Below are positions 19,505-29,123 of a DNA stretch of 64,000 nucleotides, one piece after another. The translations under genes and the position numbers were made by a program. The stretch covers positions 7,899 to 71,898 of the forward strand of contig JAJZWL010000004.1 of assembly GCA_021846685.1 (NCBI GenBank), given 5' to 3'. Position 1 is the stretch's first letter. Each line of letters begins with the position of its first letter. The notes beneath the pieces are model-generated. The model ran no database searches. It had not been told where the DNA came from and was given only the letters and a program-made list of their open reading frames with translations. Origin of the DNA: a bacterium (GTDB lineage: Bacteria; Patescibacteriota; Dojkabacteria; JAKAPS01; JAJZLI01).

Positions 19505-21480
19505 TTAAAATAGAAAATCTTTCAAGAGATTATAAATTGGGAGATGGTACTGATTTTTTTGCACTTAAAGATATTAGTATAGAAATCCCAAAAGGTATAT
19601 TTATAGGAGTACTAGGTCCGTCAGGGTCTGGAAAAAGTACTTTTATGCATCTTATTGGAGGTATGGATAGGCCTTCAAGTGGAAAAATATTAATAGATTC
19701 AGTGGATATCTCTACTCTTAGTGCTAATGAATTATCCTATTTCAGAAGAAATAATATAGGTTTTGTTTTTCAATCATTCTATTTAATAGAATCTCTTAGT
19801 GTTATAGAGAATGTTATGACTCCAGCTATTTTTTCTGGAATGTCTACTAGGGATGCAAGGCAAAAGGCAAAGGAAATTCTTTCTGAGTTGAATATAACAG
19901 ATAAATTAGACTTAAAAGTATCTAATTTATCTGGCGGTCAAAAACAAAGAGTTGCAATAGCCAGAGCCTTAATGAATGATCCAGATATAATTCTTGCTGA
20001 TGAACCTACTGGAAACCTAGATTCTAAAAATGGAGAAGAGGTTATGTCTATCCTCAAAAATCTTGTTAAAAAAGGAAAAACTGTTATTATGGTTACTCAT
20101 AATAAAGATTTAATTTCTGAATCTCCATTTATAATATCTTTTATGGATGGAAAAATTGTAGATATTAATAAAAATAAAATTGATATACCACAGAATCCTA
20201 ATAATTCTAAGCATAAAAATAGAAGTATTAATTTTGTAGAACTTTTTAAACTTGCAAAAAATAATATTTTTCAGAATAAATTGAGAAATTTACTCACAGC
20301 AATAGGTATTTCCATTGGAGTCGCTATGTTGATTATTCTTCTGTCTTTTGGATTTGGACTTAAGGCAAATTTAGAAAAAGGGCTTTCCTCTATAATATCT
20401 ACTAATACTATTACTGTATCTCCTAGTAAAAATTCAGGATTCTCATTTTCCCCCGTTACTGCTGTATCAAAAGGAAAATTAAAAATTTTGGATTTATCAA
20501 CTATTAAAACTTTGTCTAAGATAAAAAATGTTAAAGAAGATTGGGGGCAAAATGCTTTTTTCGGAAATATGTCTTTTAAACATACTAAAGGGGCAATATA
20601 TATAGAATCATTATCCCCTCATCAATATATAAATAGTTCTATATATAGTTCAATAGCAGTAGGTAAAATTCCTCAAGGTGATAAAGGAGGAATATTATTA
20701 CAAAGAACAGTAGCTAAGGAGTTTAGTAAAAATATCAATAGTTTGGTGGGTAAAAATATAAAAATATCAATTGGATCAGGTGCTTCTGTTCTAAGTCCTA
20801 CTAGTTTGTATACAAAAGCTCAAACATTCTCAATTAAAATTGTAGGAATAACTTCTGGACACTTATCATATATATCATATAATCAATCTATTTTATGGAG
20901 TAAACTTTTAGAAAATACAAAAAATCCTAAATTTTCAAATATAGAGGTTTTATCAAATAGCACTTCTAATGTTAAAACTATTGCATCTATAATCTCTAGT
21001 AAAGGTTATGGAACTCAAACACTGGAGAGTGTTATTTCAGAACTGAATACTCCATTTTTAATAGTAGATAGTATTCTTGGTATTATTGGTGGGATATCAT
21101 TAGTTGTATCTGCAATCATGATATTAGTTATAATGTTGATGGAAATTTTAGAAAGAACAAGGGAGGTAGGTATACTTAAAGCAATTGGGGCAAAAAGGTC
21201 AGATATTCGTAATTTATTTATATTAGAAACTATTATTATAGGATCTATTGGGGGAATTTTTGGTCTCGTTATTGGTATTATAGTTATAGATATTCTTAAT
21301 TATTTTATTAATATATTTATTAAATCATCAGGGGGGGCTGCTACTACTCTTTTTTCTTCACCTTTATACTTTTACTTGCTTGTTTTCTTATTTGGAATTT
21401 TTATTGCTGTTATAGCTGGACTATATCCTTCTTCAAAGGCTTCGAAAATGAATCCTATTGATGCATTACGATATGAGTAA
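19501..21480 (+). CDS. MacB-like ABC transporter, fused ATPase + FtsX-type permease
   Basis: 659 aa; N-terminal Walker A 'GPSGSGKST', signature 'LSGGQKQRVAIARAL', Walker B 'ILADEPTGNLD'; then TM, large extracytoplasmic domain and a C-terminal 3-TM FtsX-like bundle. Confidence 0.8.
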   Translation: MIKIENLSRDYKLGDGTDFFALKDISIEIPKGIFIGVLGPSGSGKSTFMHLIGGMDRPSSGKILIDSVDISTLSANELSYFRRNNIGFVFQSFYLIESLSVIENVMTPAIFSGMSTRDARQKAKEILSELNITDKLDLKVSNLSGGQKQRVAIARALMNDPDIILADEPTGNLDSKNGEEVMSILKNLVKKGKTVIMVTHNKDLISESPFIISFMDGKIVDINKNKIDIPQNPNNSKHKNRSINFVELFKLAKNNIFQNKLRNLLTAIGISIGVAMLIILLSFGFGLKANLEKGLSSIISTNTITVSPSKNSGFSFSPVTAVSKGKLKILDLSTIKTLSKIKNVKEDWGQNAFFGNMSFKHTKGAIYIESLSPHQYINSSIYSSIAVGKIPQGDKGGILLQRTVAKEFSKNINSLVGKNIKISIGSGASVLSPTSLYTKAQTFSIKIVGITSGHLSYISYNQSILWSKLLENTKNPKFSNIEVLSNSTSNVKTIASIISSKGYGTQTLESVISELNTPFLIVDSILGIIGGISLVVSAIMILVIMLMEILERTREVGILKAIGAKRSDIRNLFILETIIIGSIGGIFGLVIGIIVIDILNYFINIFIKSSGGAATTLFSSPLYFYLLVFLFGIFIAVIAGLYPSSKASKMNPIDALRYE

Positions 21481-22059
21481 ATTCTCTGGAACTGGATATC
21501 CTCTATAATCTTCTAATATATTTTTACCATATATTAATCTGTAAAATGCCTCAGTTTCCATTAATGCTCCTGTTAGAGCATTATGAGGGTTCGGTTCACT
21601 TGGCATTCCTAGTATTTCATATATTCTATTAGTATTTAATCTCGATATTTTAAAATCTAGATTATTTTTTATAACGTAATTGACACAAAGTGTATTTAAA
21701 TCTACAGTTCTGAATGTCATAGGAAATGTCATCTGGTTTCTTTCAAACGCCTTGATGAGGAAATCCCTATCAAATGAAGGATTTTGCCCTGCTATGATTT
21801 TTTCTGTATTTTGATTATTTAACCATTTTAAAAAATTTACAATAATCTCTCTTTCGGAATGTTTATCTTTATTATCTATAATTTCTTTTTTAGAAAAGCC
21901 ATTTATTTTTAAAGATTCTAAATTGATTTCTGCATTATCAAAAACATTACATTCATCATAAAAAGTTTGTTTTGTATTTATAAAGTTTACAGCTCCTATA
22001 CTGACAATGGAATTTGTGGAAGGATCAATACCAGTAGTTTCTACATCTACAACAATCAT
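21466..22059 (-). CDS. DEDD-family 3'-5' exonuclease (DnaQ/PolIII epsilon-like)
   Basis: 197 aa; Exo I motif 'MIVVDVETTGID' at the N-terminus; overall DnaQ-like size. Confidence 0.7.
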   Translation of the reverse strand: MIVVDVETTGIDPSTNSIVSIGAVNFINTKQTFYDECNVFDNAEINLESLKINGFSKKEIIDNKDKHSEREIIVNFLKWLNNQNTEKIIAGQNPSFDRDFLIKAFERNQMTFPMTFRTVDLNTLCVNYVIKNNLDFKISRLNTNRIYEILGMPSEPNPHNALTGALMETEAFYRLIYGKNILEDYRGYPVPENLLIS

Positions 22060-22061
22060 TA

Positions 22062-22424
22062 TTATATTTTTTCAACTACTACTGCAGTACCATAACATAA
22101 TACTTCTGAGATACCTGGAGCAACCTCATTTGTATCATATCTAACTGCAATTATTGCATTAGATCCAAATGCTTGAGCATGCTGACACATTAGATTGTAT
22201 GCCTCATCTCTGGCTCTTTCACACATTTGGGTATATATAGTAATATTTCCTCCAAAAATAGTTTGTATACTTGCTCCAATATTCCCGACTATACTTCTAG
22301 ATCTTACTATTATTCCCTTTACTAATCCTTTATTCTGTATTATCTTATAGCCATCAAGTATGAATGCTGTAGTTACCATAGATTTATCAAAGTTATTAAC
22401 TGCATTTTCTTGATTATTATTCAT
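22062..22424 (-). CDS. YbjQ/UPF0145 family protein (DUF74)
   Basis: 120 aa; 'GLVKGIIVRSRSIVGNIGASIQTIFGG...CYGTAVVVEKI' matches the UPF0145 fold signature. Confidence 0.65.
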   Translation of the reverse strand: MNNNQENAVNNFDKSMVTTAFILDGYKIIQNKGLVKGIIVRSRSIVGNIGASIQTIFGGNITIYTQMCERARDEAYNLMCQHAQAFGSNAIIAVRYDTNEVAPGISEVLCYGTAVVVEKI

Positions 22425-22487
22425 ACTATGTTAAAATGTCTGAAGTTATACCTGATTATATAGTGTATTTTATCAAAAATCTAGCTT

Positions 22488-23396
22488 ATGAAAATCTGTA
22501 TTTTTTCTAGATCAAATACTATCGAGGATGAAGCAATTAAGAGAGAATCTGAAAAAAGAGGTCATGAGTGTAGTATTATAAATCCAAAATCATTAATATT
22601 TAATTTTAGTGGTGATTTAAAAATTACTACCAATGAGGGTATAGATCTTACATATTTTGATGTTTTTGTACCTAGAGTATTTTCTATAACAGAAACAATA
22701 GAAGGAAAAAAATATAAAAGAAATTCCAAGAACCTTATTATTAAATATTTATTGGATCACGACAAGATATTTTTAGATAAAAATTATGACCACAAAAGGG
22801 AAACTCAGGGAAAAATATATCAGTTATCTAGATTTAACAACTTTCATATTCCTATATTTCCTACTGTTTTTTTATATAGAACAGATAAAAAATATATAGA
22901 AAGTTCATTATTACAAGCTAAAATAAATCCTCCATATATTATCAAAGATGTAGCTGGTTCAAAGGGAGAGAATATATTTAAATGTGATAGTGTAGATGAA
23001 ATTAAAGACAAGATTGAACAATATAATAATGTTTATTTTATGATTCAAGCATTTCATAAAATAGATCATGATTTGAGAATTTTAGTATTAGGCAATAGGG
23101 TATTAGGTGCAATAGAAAAAATTCATAAAAGTGGAGATTTTAAAGGTAATATTTCTCAAGGAGCAGATTCAAAAATTTTCAAGTTATCAAATGAATTAGA
23201 AACTCTAGCTTTAATGACAAATAATATTTTGCAATATGATTTTACTGGTGTAGATATTGCAATTGTGGGGAATAAAAATTATATTTTAGAAGTTAATGAG
23301 GTTCCTCAATTTAGAGGTTTTGTTGAAACTACTGGATTGAATGTAGCTTTAGAAATAGTTAAATATTTAGAATATTTATATAACACATCTTTATGA
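22488..23396 (+). CDS. RimK-like ATP-grasp ligase (alpha-L-glutamate ligase family), paralog 1
   Basis: 302 aa; 'GDFKGNISQGADSKIF' matches RimK 'DFRANLHRGG'; ATP-grasp 'ILEVNEVPQFRG' (E-x-N). Confidence 0.65.
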   Translation: MKICIFSRSNTIEDEAIKRESEKRGHECSIINPKSLIFNFSGDLKITTNEGIDLTYFDVFVPRVFSITETIEGKKYKRNSKNLIIKYLLDHDKIFLDKNYDHKRETQGKIYQLSRFNNFHIPIFPTVFLYRTDKKYIESSLLQAKINPPYIIKDVAGSKGENIFKCDSVDEIKDKIEQYNNVYFMIQAFHKIDHDLRILVLGNRVLGAIEKIHKSGDFKGNISQGADSKIFKLSNELETLALMTNNILQYDFTGVDIAIVGNKNYILEVNEVPQFRGFVETTGLNVALEIVKYLEYLYNTSL

Positions 23397-24313
23397 AAAT
23401 ATGTATAATTAATCACAATAATAAAAAGAATGATATTTCAAAAGGTCATAGAACAAAGTCTATATCAGCAGAGGCCTTTAAAAAAGGATATTCTGTAGAC
23501 ATTATTGATAGTTATGATTTAGTTTTTAGTTTTGATGAGAATTCTTCATTATCAATATCTACAATACAAGGAAATTCTCTATTAGATTATGATGCATATA
23601 TAATATATTCAGTAGGTATCATAGAAGATAAAAAGGCTAATATTGAAAAAGTCGTTATTGCAGATTATTTAATATTTCATAATAAATTAGTATTTAACTA
23701 TTCAGCTGTTATCTCTTCTGTATATAAGAGTAAGCTTTTAGATTTTTATAAAATGCAAAAGCTTGGAGTTCCTATTATAAAGACCTTTTACGTAGAAGAT
23801 CACAAAGATATTGAAAGTATTAAAAAAATCATAAAAGATAATGATTATATGTTCCCATTAATCCTTAAACCAGTTAATGGTACTCAAGGGCGGGATATAT
23901 ATAAAGTTCAAAATATAGATGAAATTGAAAATCTTATAATATCTCAAAAAAATAAGAGTTTTATGATTCAGGAATATATCCCAATAATCCATGATTTAAG
24001 AACTATTGTATTTTCTGGGGAAATATTAGGATCTATAGATAAAATTCCAATGAATGGCGATTTTAGGGGTAATATTTCACAAGGAGCTAAGGCAGTGGAA
24101 TATAAGCTTTCAGATGAACTAAAAGCTATATCATTAATGGTTGCAAATTCTTCAGGATCAGTTATATCGGGTGTGGATATATGTATTTCTAATAATAGTT
24201 ATTTTATTCTTGAAGTGAATGATAATCCAGAATTCAAAGGGTTTGCTAATTGCCTAAATATAAATGTTCCTCAAATTATTCTAAATTATCTAGAAAAATT
24301 TCAAATTAATTAA
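23393..24313 (+). CDS. RimK-like ATP-grasp ligase, paralog 2 (tandem duplicate)
   Basis: 306 aa; 'GDFRGNISQGAKAVEYKL', 'ILEVNDNPEFKG'; both paralogs start MKICI; 4-nt overlap. Confidence 0.65.
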   Translation: MKICIINHNNKKNDISKGHRTKSISAEAFKKGYSVDIIDSYDLVFSFDENSSLSISTIQGNSLLDYDAYIIYSVGIIEDKKANIEKVVIADYLIFHNKLVFNYSAVISSVYKSKLLDFYKMQKLGVPIIKTFYVEDHKDIESIKKIIKDNDYMFPLILKPVNGTQGRDIYKVQNIDEIENLIISQKNKSFMIQEYIPIIHDLRTIVFSGEILGSIDKIPMNGDFRGNISQGAKAVEYKLSDELKAISLMVANSSGSVISGVDICISNNSYFILEVNDNPEFKGFANCLNINVPQIILNYLEKFQIN

Positions 24314-24362
24314 TTTAATACTCTAAATTAAACTTTATTTAAAGCTTATAATCTATGTTCCT

Positions 24363-24391
24363 TGACAGAATAAATATGAAGTATTATATTA
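24363..24391 (+). promoter_or_regulatory. Sigma70-like promoter of the mraZ/dcw operon
   Basis: TTGACA (24363-24368), 17-nt spacer, TATATT (24386-24391). Confidence 0.5.
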
Positions 24392-24400
24392 AATTCAGTT

Positions 24401-24430
24401 GTGGTGATAAGTGGTGATAAGTGGTGATAG
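24401..24430 (+). promoter_or_regulatory. Candidate MraZ operator: three tandem 10-bp direct repeats GTGGTGATAA/GTGGTGATAA/GTGGTGATAG
   Basis: Perfect 10-bp periodicity of GTGGT + 5-nt spacer just downstream of the -10 box and upstream of mraZ; matches the known MraZ architecture of GTGGG-like direct repeats with 5-nt spacers. Confidence 0.6.
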
Positions 24431-24446
24431 TTTATACAATAAGTTT

Positions 24447-24881
24447 ATGTTAATAGGAGAATATACATCTAAATTACAAGATAAAAATAGGATAGCAATG
24501 CCTAAGAAATTTAGATCTGAGATTGGGGATAAGATAATCATCACTAAAGGGTATGAGAATTGTTTAATAGTAGTGCCTGAAAATAAATGGGATTTGATGG
24601 TTAAAGATATAGTATCAAGACCTTTTACAATAACAAATGCACGGGATACTTCGAGGTTTATATTAGGATCTGCAGCTGAAGCATATTTAGATGATCAAGG
24701 ACGATTTGTAATTCCTCAAACATTAATATCGCATGCAGAATTGGATGGAGAAGTTTCATTTTTAGGATTAGTCTCTTGGATTGAAATTTGGAGCAGCATA
24801 AAGTGGAAAGAGAGAGAAAGTTATTTAAGAGATAATGGTGCAAATATAGCAGATGAGTTGTCAAAATTAGATGTATCATGA
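24447..24881 (+). CDS. mraZ: Transcriptional regulator MraZ
   Basis: 'MLIGEYTSKLQDKNRIAMPKKFR' and second repeat 'YLDDQGRFVIPQTL' (two DXXXR-type SpoVT/AbrB-like halves); the track ORF starts at 24411 inside the operator repeats, so the start is moved to the MLIGEY Met. Confidence 0.8.
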   Translation: MLIGEYTSKLQDKNRIAMPKKFRSEIGDKIIITKGYENCLIVVPENKWDLMVKDIVSRPFTITNARDTSRFILGSAAEAYLDDQGRFVIPQTLISHAELDGEVSFLGLVSWIEIWSSIKWKERESYLRDNGANIADELSKLDVS

Positions 24882-25782
24882 CACAGTTCTTTTACAAAAT
24901 ATAATAAATGAGCTTGAAATCAAAGAAAAGGGGGTATATGTAGATACTACTTTAGGAGGAGGAAGTGTAAGTTTTGAAATACTTAATAGGCTTAAAGGTG
25001 GAAATCTCATTAGTCTTGATATAGATACAGATGCTATTAATAATTTTAAATTAGAATTTGAAAAGAAATATAGCAAAAAATTTATATCAAATAGTATGAC
25101 TTTAGAAAGCAATACTATAACTCTAGTAAATGAGAATTTTTCAAAGCTAAAAGAGATTATACTCAATTTAGGTAAGGAAAAGTTAAAGATAAATGGAATA
25201 ATTTATGATTTAGGGGTTTCATCCTTTCAAATAGATAATCCTAAAAAAGGATTTAGCTATATGTCAGATTCTGATTTAGATATGAGAATGGACAAAAGAT
25301 TGAAAGTTACTGCCCGAGACCTCTTAAATGGAATGTATGAAAAAGAATTGAGTAGTATGTTTGAGAGATATTCTGAAGAACCCTTTTCAAAAGACATAGC
25401 AAGAAATATTGTAAAGTTCAGAAAAACAAAAAGTATAGAGAGGTCTAGTGATTTGGTATCAATAGTAAAGAGAAGTATTAGAGGTCAAGCTTATCTCTAT
25501 CACCATGTATCAAGAATATTTCAGGCATTAAGAATCAAAGTTAACAATGAGTTGGGCGTTTTGAGTGATTCTCTGCTTCTTTTGCCTGATATTCTTGAGA
25601 GTGGTGGTAGAGTAGTATTTTTAACTTATCATTCTGGAGAGGATAGAATTATAAAACACTATTTTCTCCACAATGATAACTTTATATCTTTGTATAAAAA
25701 ACCTGTGACTCCTAGTGATGAAGAAATTTCAAAAAATAGGAGAGCTAGGTCAGCTAAAATGAGAGTATATGAAAAAAAATAA
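24871..25782 (+). CDS. rsmH: 16S rRNA m4C1402 methyltransferase RsmH (MraW)
   Basis: 'YHDTVLLQNIINEL', 'VYVDTTLGGGSVSFEIL', 'FLTYHSGEDRIIK' (RsmH FHSLEDR motif). Confidence 0.85.
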   Translation: MYHDTVLLQNIINELEIKEKGVYVDTTLGGGSVSFEILNRLKGGNLISLDIDTDAINNFKLEFEKKYSKKFISNSMTLESNTITLVNENFSKLKEIILNLGKEKLKINGIIYDLGVSSFQIDNPKKGFSYMSDSDLDMRMDKRLKVTARDLLNGMYEKELSSMFERYSEEPFSKDIARNIVKFRKTKSIERSSDLVSIVKRSIRGQAYLYHHVSRIFQALRIKVNNELGVLSDSLLLLPDILESGGRVVFLTYHSGEDRIIKHYFLHNDNFISLYKKPVTPSDEEISKNRRARSAKMRVYEKK

Positions 25783-26071
25783 AAAATCTAACAAAATATT
25801 ATTAACACTTATATTTACGCTATTTTTAATAGTTGTAGGTCAATTGTATCTAATGAATAATATAGATTCATATAATTATACTGTAGAAAGATTAATATCT
25901 CAGTATAATACATATAATGTAAAGAATCAGAATCTTCAAGGAGAAATCTCTTCAAATCAATCATTAATTAGTATTAAAAATAATCTTTTGAAAAAGGGAT
26001 ATAAAAATGTAAATAACGTTAACTATACTCCTTCTAATGCATATAGTTTTAATGTATCATCATCCAAATGA
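25769..26071 (+). CDS. FtsL-like small bitopic cell-division protein
   Basis: 100 aa, one TM 'ILLTLIFTLFLIVVGQLYL'; positioned between rsmH and ftsI. Confidence 0.4.
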   Translation: MKKNKKSNKILLTLIFTLFLIVVGQLYLMNNIDSYNYTVERLISQYNTYNVKNQNLQGEISSNQSLISIKNNLLKKGYKNVNNVNYTPSNAYSFNVSSSK

Positions 26072-27789
26072 ATAGTGATTTATTTAAGAAAAAGGCATTT
26101 TTCTTAATTTTAATAGTGTTTATTGCATTTTTGATTTTAATAGTAAAATTATTTGATCTTCAAGTATTAAATAATGCACAGTACTCTATTGAAGCATCTG
26201 CGGAAAATTCTTTTTTAACTAGTATGCCTGCATTACGAGGTATTATCGAGAGTTCAACTGGAAGTATACTTGCAGATAATACTCCAGTATATAAAGTATA
26301 TGTTTCTTTAAATAATGTAGTAAACAAAAAAAGTTTTGAAAATGAAGTATATTCTGTTTTAGGAATAAAAAAAAGCTATATGCAATCACTATTTAATAGT
26401 AAATTAGTTTGGGTAAAATTATCTTCAGATATAAGTATTTCTCAAAAAAATAAATTATCGAATCTTCCATCTTTAACATTTGTGCAATATGAAAGTCGTT
26501 ATTATCCAAATAAACAATTATTTGCACATGTATTAGGATTTTTGGGTAGAGATTATAAAGGTCAAGTGAGTGGTTTTTATGGAGTAGAAGGTTATTTTAA
26601 TGGAGCTCTTGTTGGAAAAGCAGGATATACAAAAGGTATTCAATCTGCTTCTGGTATTCCTTTACTTTCTCAAAATTATCAATTTGTTCCTGCTCAAAAT
26701 GGAGATACTATTAAATTAACTGTAAATCCAGCAATTCAAAATATTGTGTCTTCTAGTGTAAATTATTGGTCTAAAAAAGAGAATGCAACTTCAGGTGCTG
26801 CTATTGTAATGAATCCTAAAACAGGTGCAATTTTGGCAATGGCCAGTTACCCTAGTTTTAATCCAAATACATATTGGAAATATAAATATTCTAATTTTCA
26901 AAATAATGCAATTTCTTTTATTTATGAACCAGGTTCTGTTGGTAAATTAATTACTGTGTCTGCTGCTTTACAAACAGGAGCAATGACTCCAAGTACAACA
27001 GTAAATGATAAAACTGGAGTATTTTCAGTTGGAGGGCAAAATATATATAACTGGAATAAAGCCCCTGATGGAGTAATGAATTTAGGAAGGATACTTCTTT
27101 TATCTTCTAATGTGGGAGCTAGTATGGTGGCAACTCAATATCTTTCTTCAAAGTTGATGTATGAATTTTCAAAAAAATATGGATTTGGAAATTTAACAGG
27201 AATAACTTTACAGGGAGAAGAAACTGCTAACATCCCACCATATAAGACTTGGAACAAATCTAATCTTGCTACTGATTCATTTGGACAATTTGTATCAGTA
27301 TCTCCATTACAGATATTAGATGCTTATGATGCTCCTGCAAATGGAGGTAAAATTATGCAACCTTATATAGTACAAAGTATTACTAATTCAAAAGGATCTA
27401 CTGTAAATTTTAAACCTAAAGTTCTATATAATCCTATCTCTCCTACTGTTGCTTCAGAAATTAATACTATGCTTGTAGGTACTACCCAAGGAGAACCAAA
27501 TTGGGCTTTACATAAAGAAGGTGTTGGGCAATATATGCCTATTATTGCAGGTAAAACGGGTTCTGCCCAAATGCCATCTAAAAAACATCCAGGACAGTAT
27601 AGTACTACTAATTATGTTATGACATATGTGGCCTATGCTCCAGCCAATAATCCTAAATTTATACTTTTAACAATGATGAATTCTCCCCATAAACCATTAT
27701 TGAATCAATACTATGCAGCAACTACTGCTTGTGTAGAGTGGGGACAGATAGCTTCAAAATTATTCCCATATTTTGGGATTGCTCCTTAA
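26068..27789 (+). CDS. ftsI: Class B penicillin-binding protein (FtsI/PBP2-type transpeptidase)
   Basis: 573 aa; N-terminal TM; SxxK 'GSVGKLITVS', SxN 'LLLSSNVGA', KTG 'AGKTGSAQ'. Confidence 0.85.
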   Translation: MNSDLFKKKAFFLILIVFIAFLILIVKLFDLQVLNNAQYSIEASAENSFLTSMPALRGIIESSTGSILADNTPVYKVYVSLNNVVNKKSFENEVYSVLGIKKSYMQSLFNSKLVWVKLSSDISISQKNKLSNLPSLTFVQYESRYYPNKQLFAHVLGFLGRDYKGQVSGFYGVEGYFNGALVGKAGYTKGIQSASGIPLLSQNYQFVPAQNGDTIKLTVNPAIQNIVSSSVNYWSKKENATSGAAIVMNPKTGAILAMASYPSFNPNTYWKYKYSNFQNNAISFIYEPGSVGKLITVSAALQTGAMTPSTTVNDKTGVFSVGGQNIYNWNKAPDGVMNLGRILLLSSNVGASMVATQYLSSKLMYEFSKKYGFGNLTGITLQGEETANIPPYKTWNKSNLATDSFGQFVSVSPLQILDAYDAPANGGKIMQPYIVQSITNSKGSTVNFKPKVLYNPISPTVASEINTMLVGTTQGEPNWALHKEGVGQYMPIIAGKTGSAQMPSKKHPGQYSTTNYVMTYVAYAPANNPKFILLTMMNSPHKPLLNQYYAATTACVEWGQIASKLFPYFGIAP

Positions 27790-27830
27790 AACTTGATAAA
27801 TAGTTCTTTTTTTGCAATAATTTTCTCTAT

Positions 27831-29123
27831 ATGTATAAATTTGAAATAGAAGGACAACATCCTTTGTCTGGGGAAGTAAGTTTATTAGGTGGAAAAAATA
27901 ACGTCATTCCTATAATTTGTGCTACATTATTAACAGATCAACCTTGTATTATTAAAAATATTCCCAAAATATCTGATGTTAGAGTTTTAATAAAAATATT
28001 AAGAATTCTCGGATCAGACATAAAGTATATTACTCCTTCAGAACTTAAGATTGTTAATAAAAATTTATCTATAGATAAAGATAAAGAAAAATTAATATTT
28101 GAAAATATTCAAAAAATGAGAGGTTCTATATTATTAATAGCACCATTACTTTATAGATTTAAAAATATCTCATTTATACATCCAGGAGGGGATAAAATAG
28201 GAGGAAGAGATCTCTCTGCTCATTTTTCTGGATTCAAAAAACTTGGTGTAAATATTGAATTTACAAATACTAATTTTTCTCTTTCTGGTAATCTAAAACC
28301 TAATTATATCTTCTTATATGAACCATCAGTTACTGCAACAGAAAATCTTCTAATGCTAAGCGCTATTATAAAAGGAGAATCAATTATTGAAAATGCAGCC
28401 TGTGAACCTCATGTAAAAGATTTATGTATAATGCTAACCAAAATGGGTGTGCAGATTGAAGGAATCGGTACAAATATTTTAAAAATTAAAGGAGATCAAA
28501 ATCTATCTGGAGTAGACTTTACAGTATCTTCAGATGAAATTGAGGCTGCAACCTATATTATATTTGCGTTAATGTCTAAAGGTGAGATAAAAATACAAAA
28601 TATAGATACATTTGTTATGAAATCAATTTTTTATGTATTTGATATGTTTAATATAAAATATACAATTGGAGATAATTATATTTATATTAAAAATAAACAA
28701 GATTTATATTATAAAGGTAGTTTAGGATTTGGTAATTTAGGTATATATACCCATCCATATCCTGGGTTCCCTACAGATCTTCTGTCATTAGTGATATCAT
28801 TAGCTACGCAAGTTAAAGGTGAAGTAATATTTTTTGAAAAAATGTATGAGAATAGAATAGATTTTGCACTAGAACTGAAAAAAATGGGTGCAACATTTAA
28901 TATACTAGATACTCATAGAATTTTAGTAAAAGGCCCAGTAAAACTTCACTCAGCTAATATTTTTTCTAGAGATATAAGATCAGGAGTTGCTTATCTTTCT
29001 GCTATGTTATCTGCATCTGGTATAAGCACTTTAACTGGTATAGAAAATATAGATAGAGGATATCCTAATATTGAAAAAACATTAGATAGTCTAAATGCTA
29101 AAGTTAAAAGAATAAAGATATGA
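27831..29123 (+). CDS. murA: UDP-N-acetylglucosamine 1-carboxyvinyltransferase MurA
   Basis: 430 aa; 'FEIEGQHPLSGEVSLLGGKNNVIPIICATLL' matches the MurA N-terminal signature; EPSP-synthase fold length. Confidence 0.85.
   Translation: MYKFEIEGQHPLSGEVSLLGGKNNVIPIICATLLTDQPCIIKNIPKISDVRVLIKILRILGSDIKYITPSELKIVNKNLSIDKDKEKLIFENIQKMRGSILLIAPLLYRFKNISFIHPGGDKIGGRDLSAHFSGFKKLGVNIEFTNTNFSLSGNLKPNYIFLYEPSVTATENLLMLSAIIKGESIIENAACEPHVKDLCIMLTKMGVQIEGIGTNILKIKGDQNLSGVDFTVSSDEIEAATYIIFALMSKGEIKIQNIDTFVMKSIFYVFDMFNIKYTIGDNYIYIKNKQDLYYKGSLGFGNLGIYTHPYPGFPTDLLSLVISLATQVKGEVIFFEKMYENRIDFALELKKMGATFNILDTHRILVKGPVKLHSANIFSRDIRSGVAYLSAMLSASGISTLTGIENIDRGYPNIEKTLDSLNAKVKRIKI

Noticed and set aside
24411-24446. 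Six-frame ORF start of mraZ at 24411 (MVISGDSLYNKF...)
   Set aside because: The extension lies inside the GTGGTGATAA triple repeat/operator. MraZ homology begins at MLIGEY (24447).
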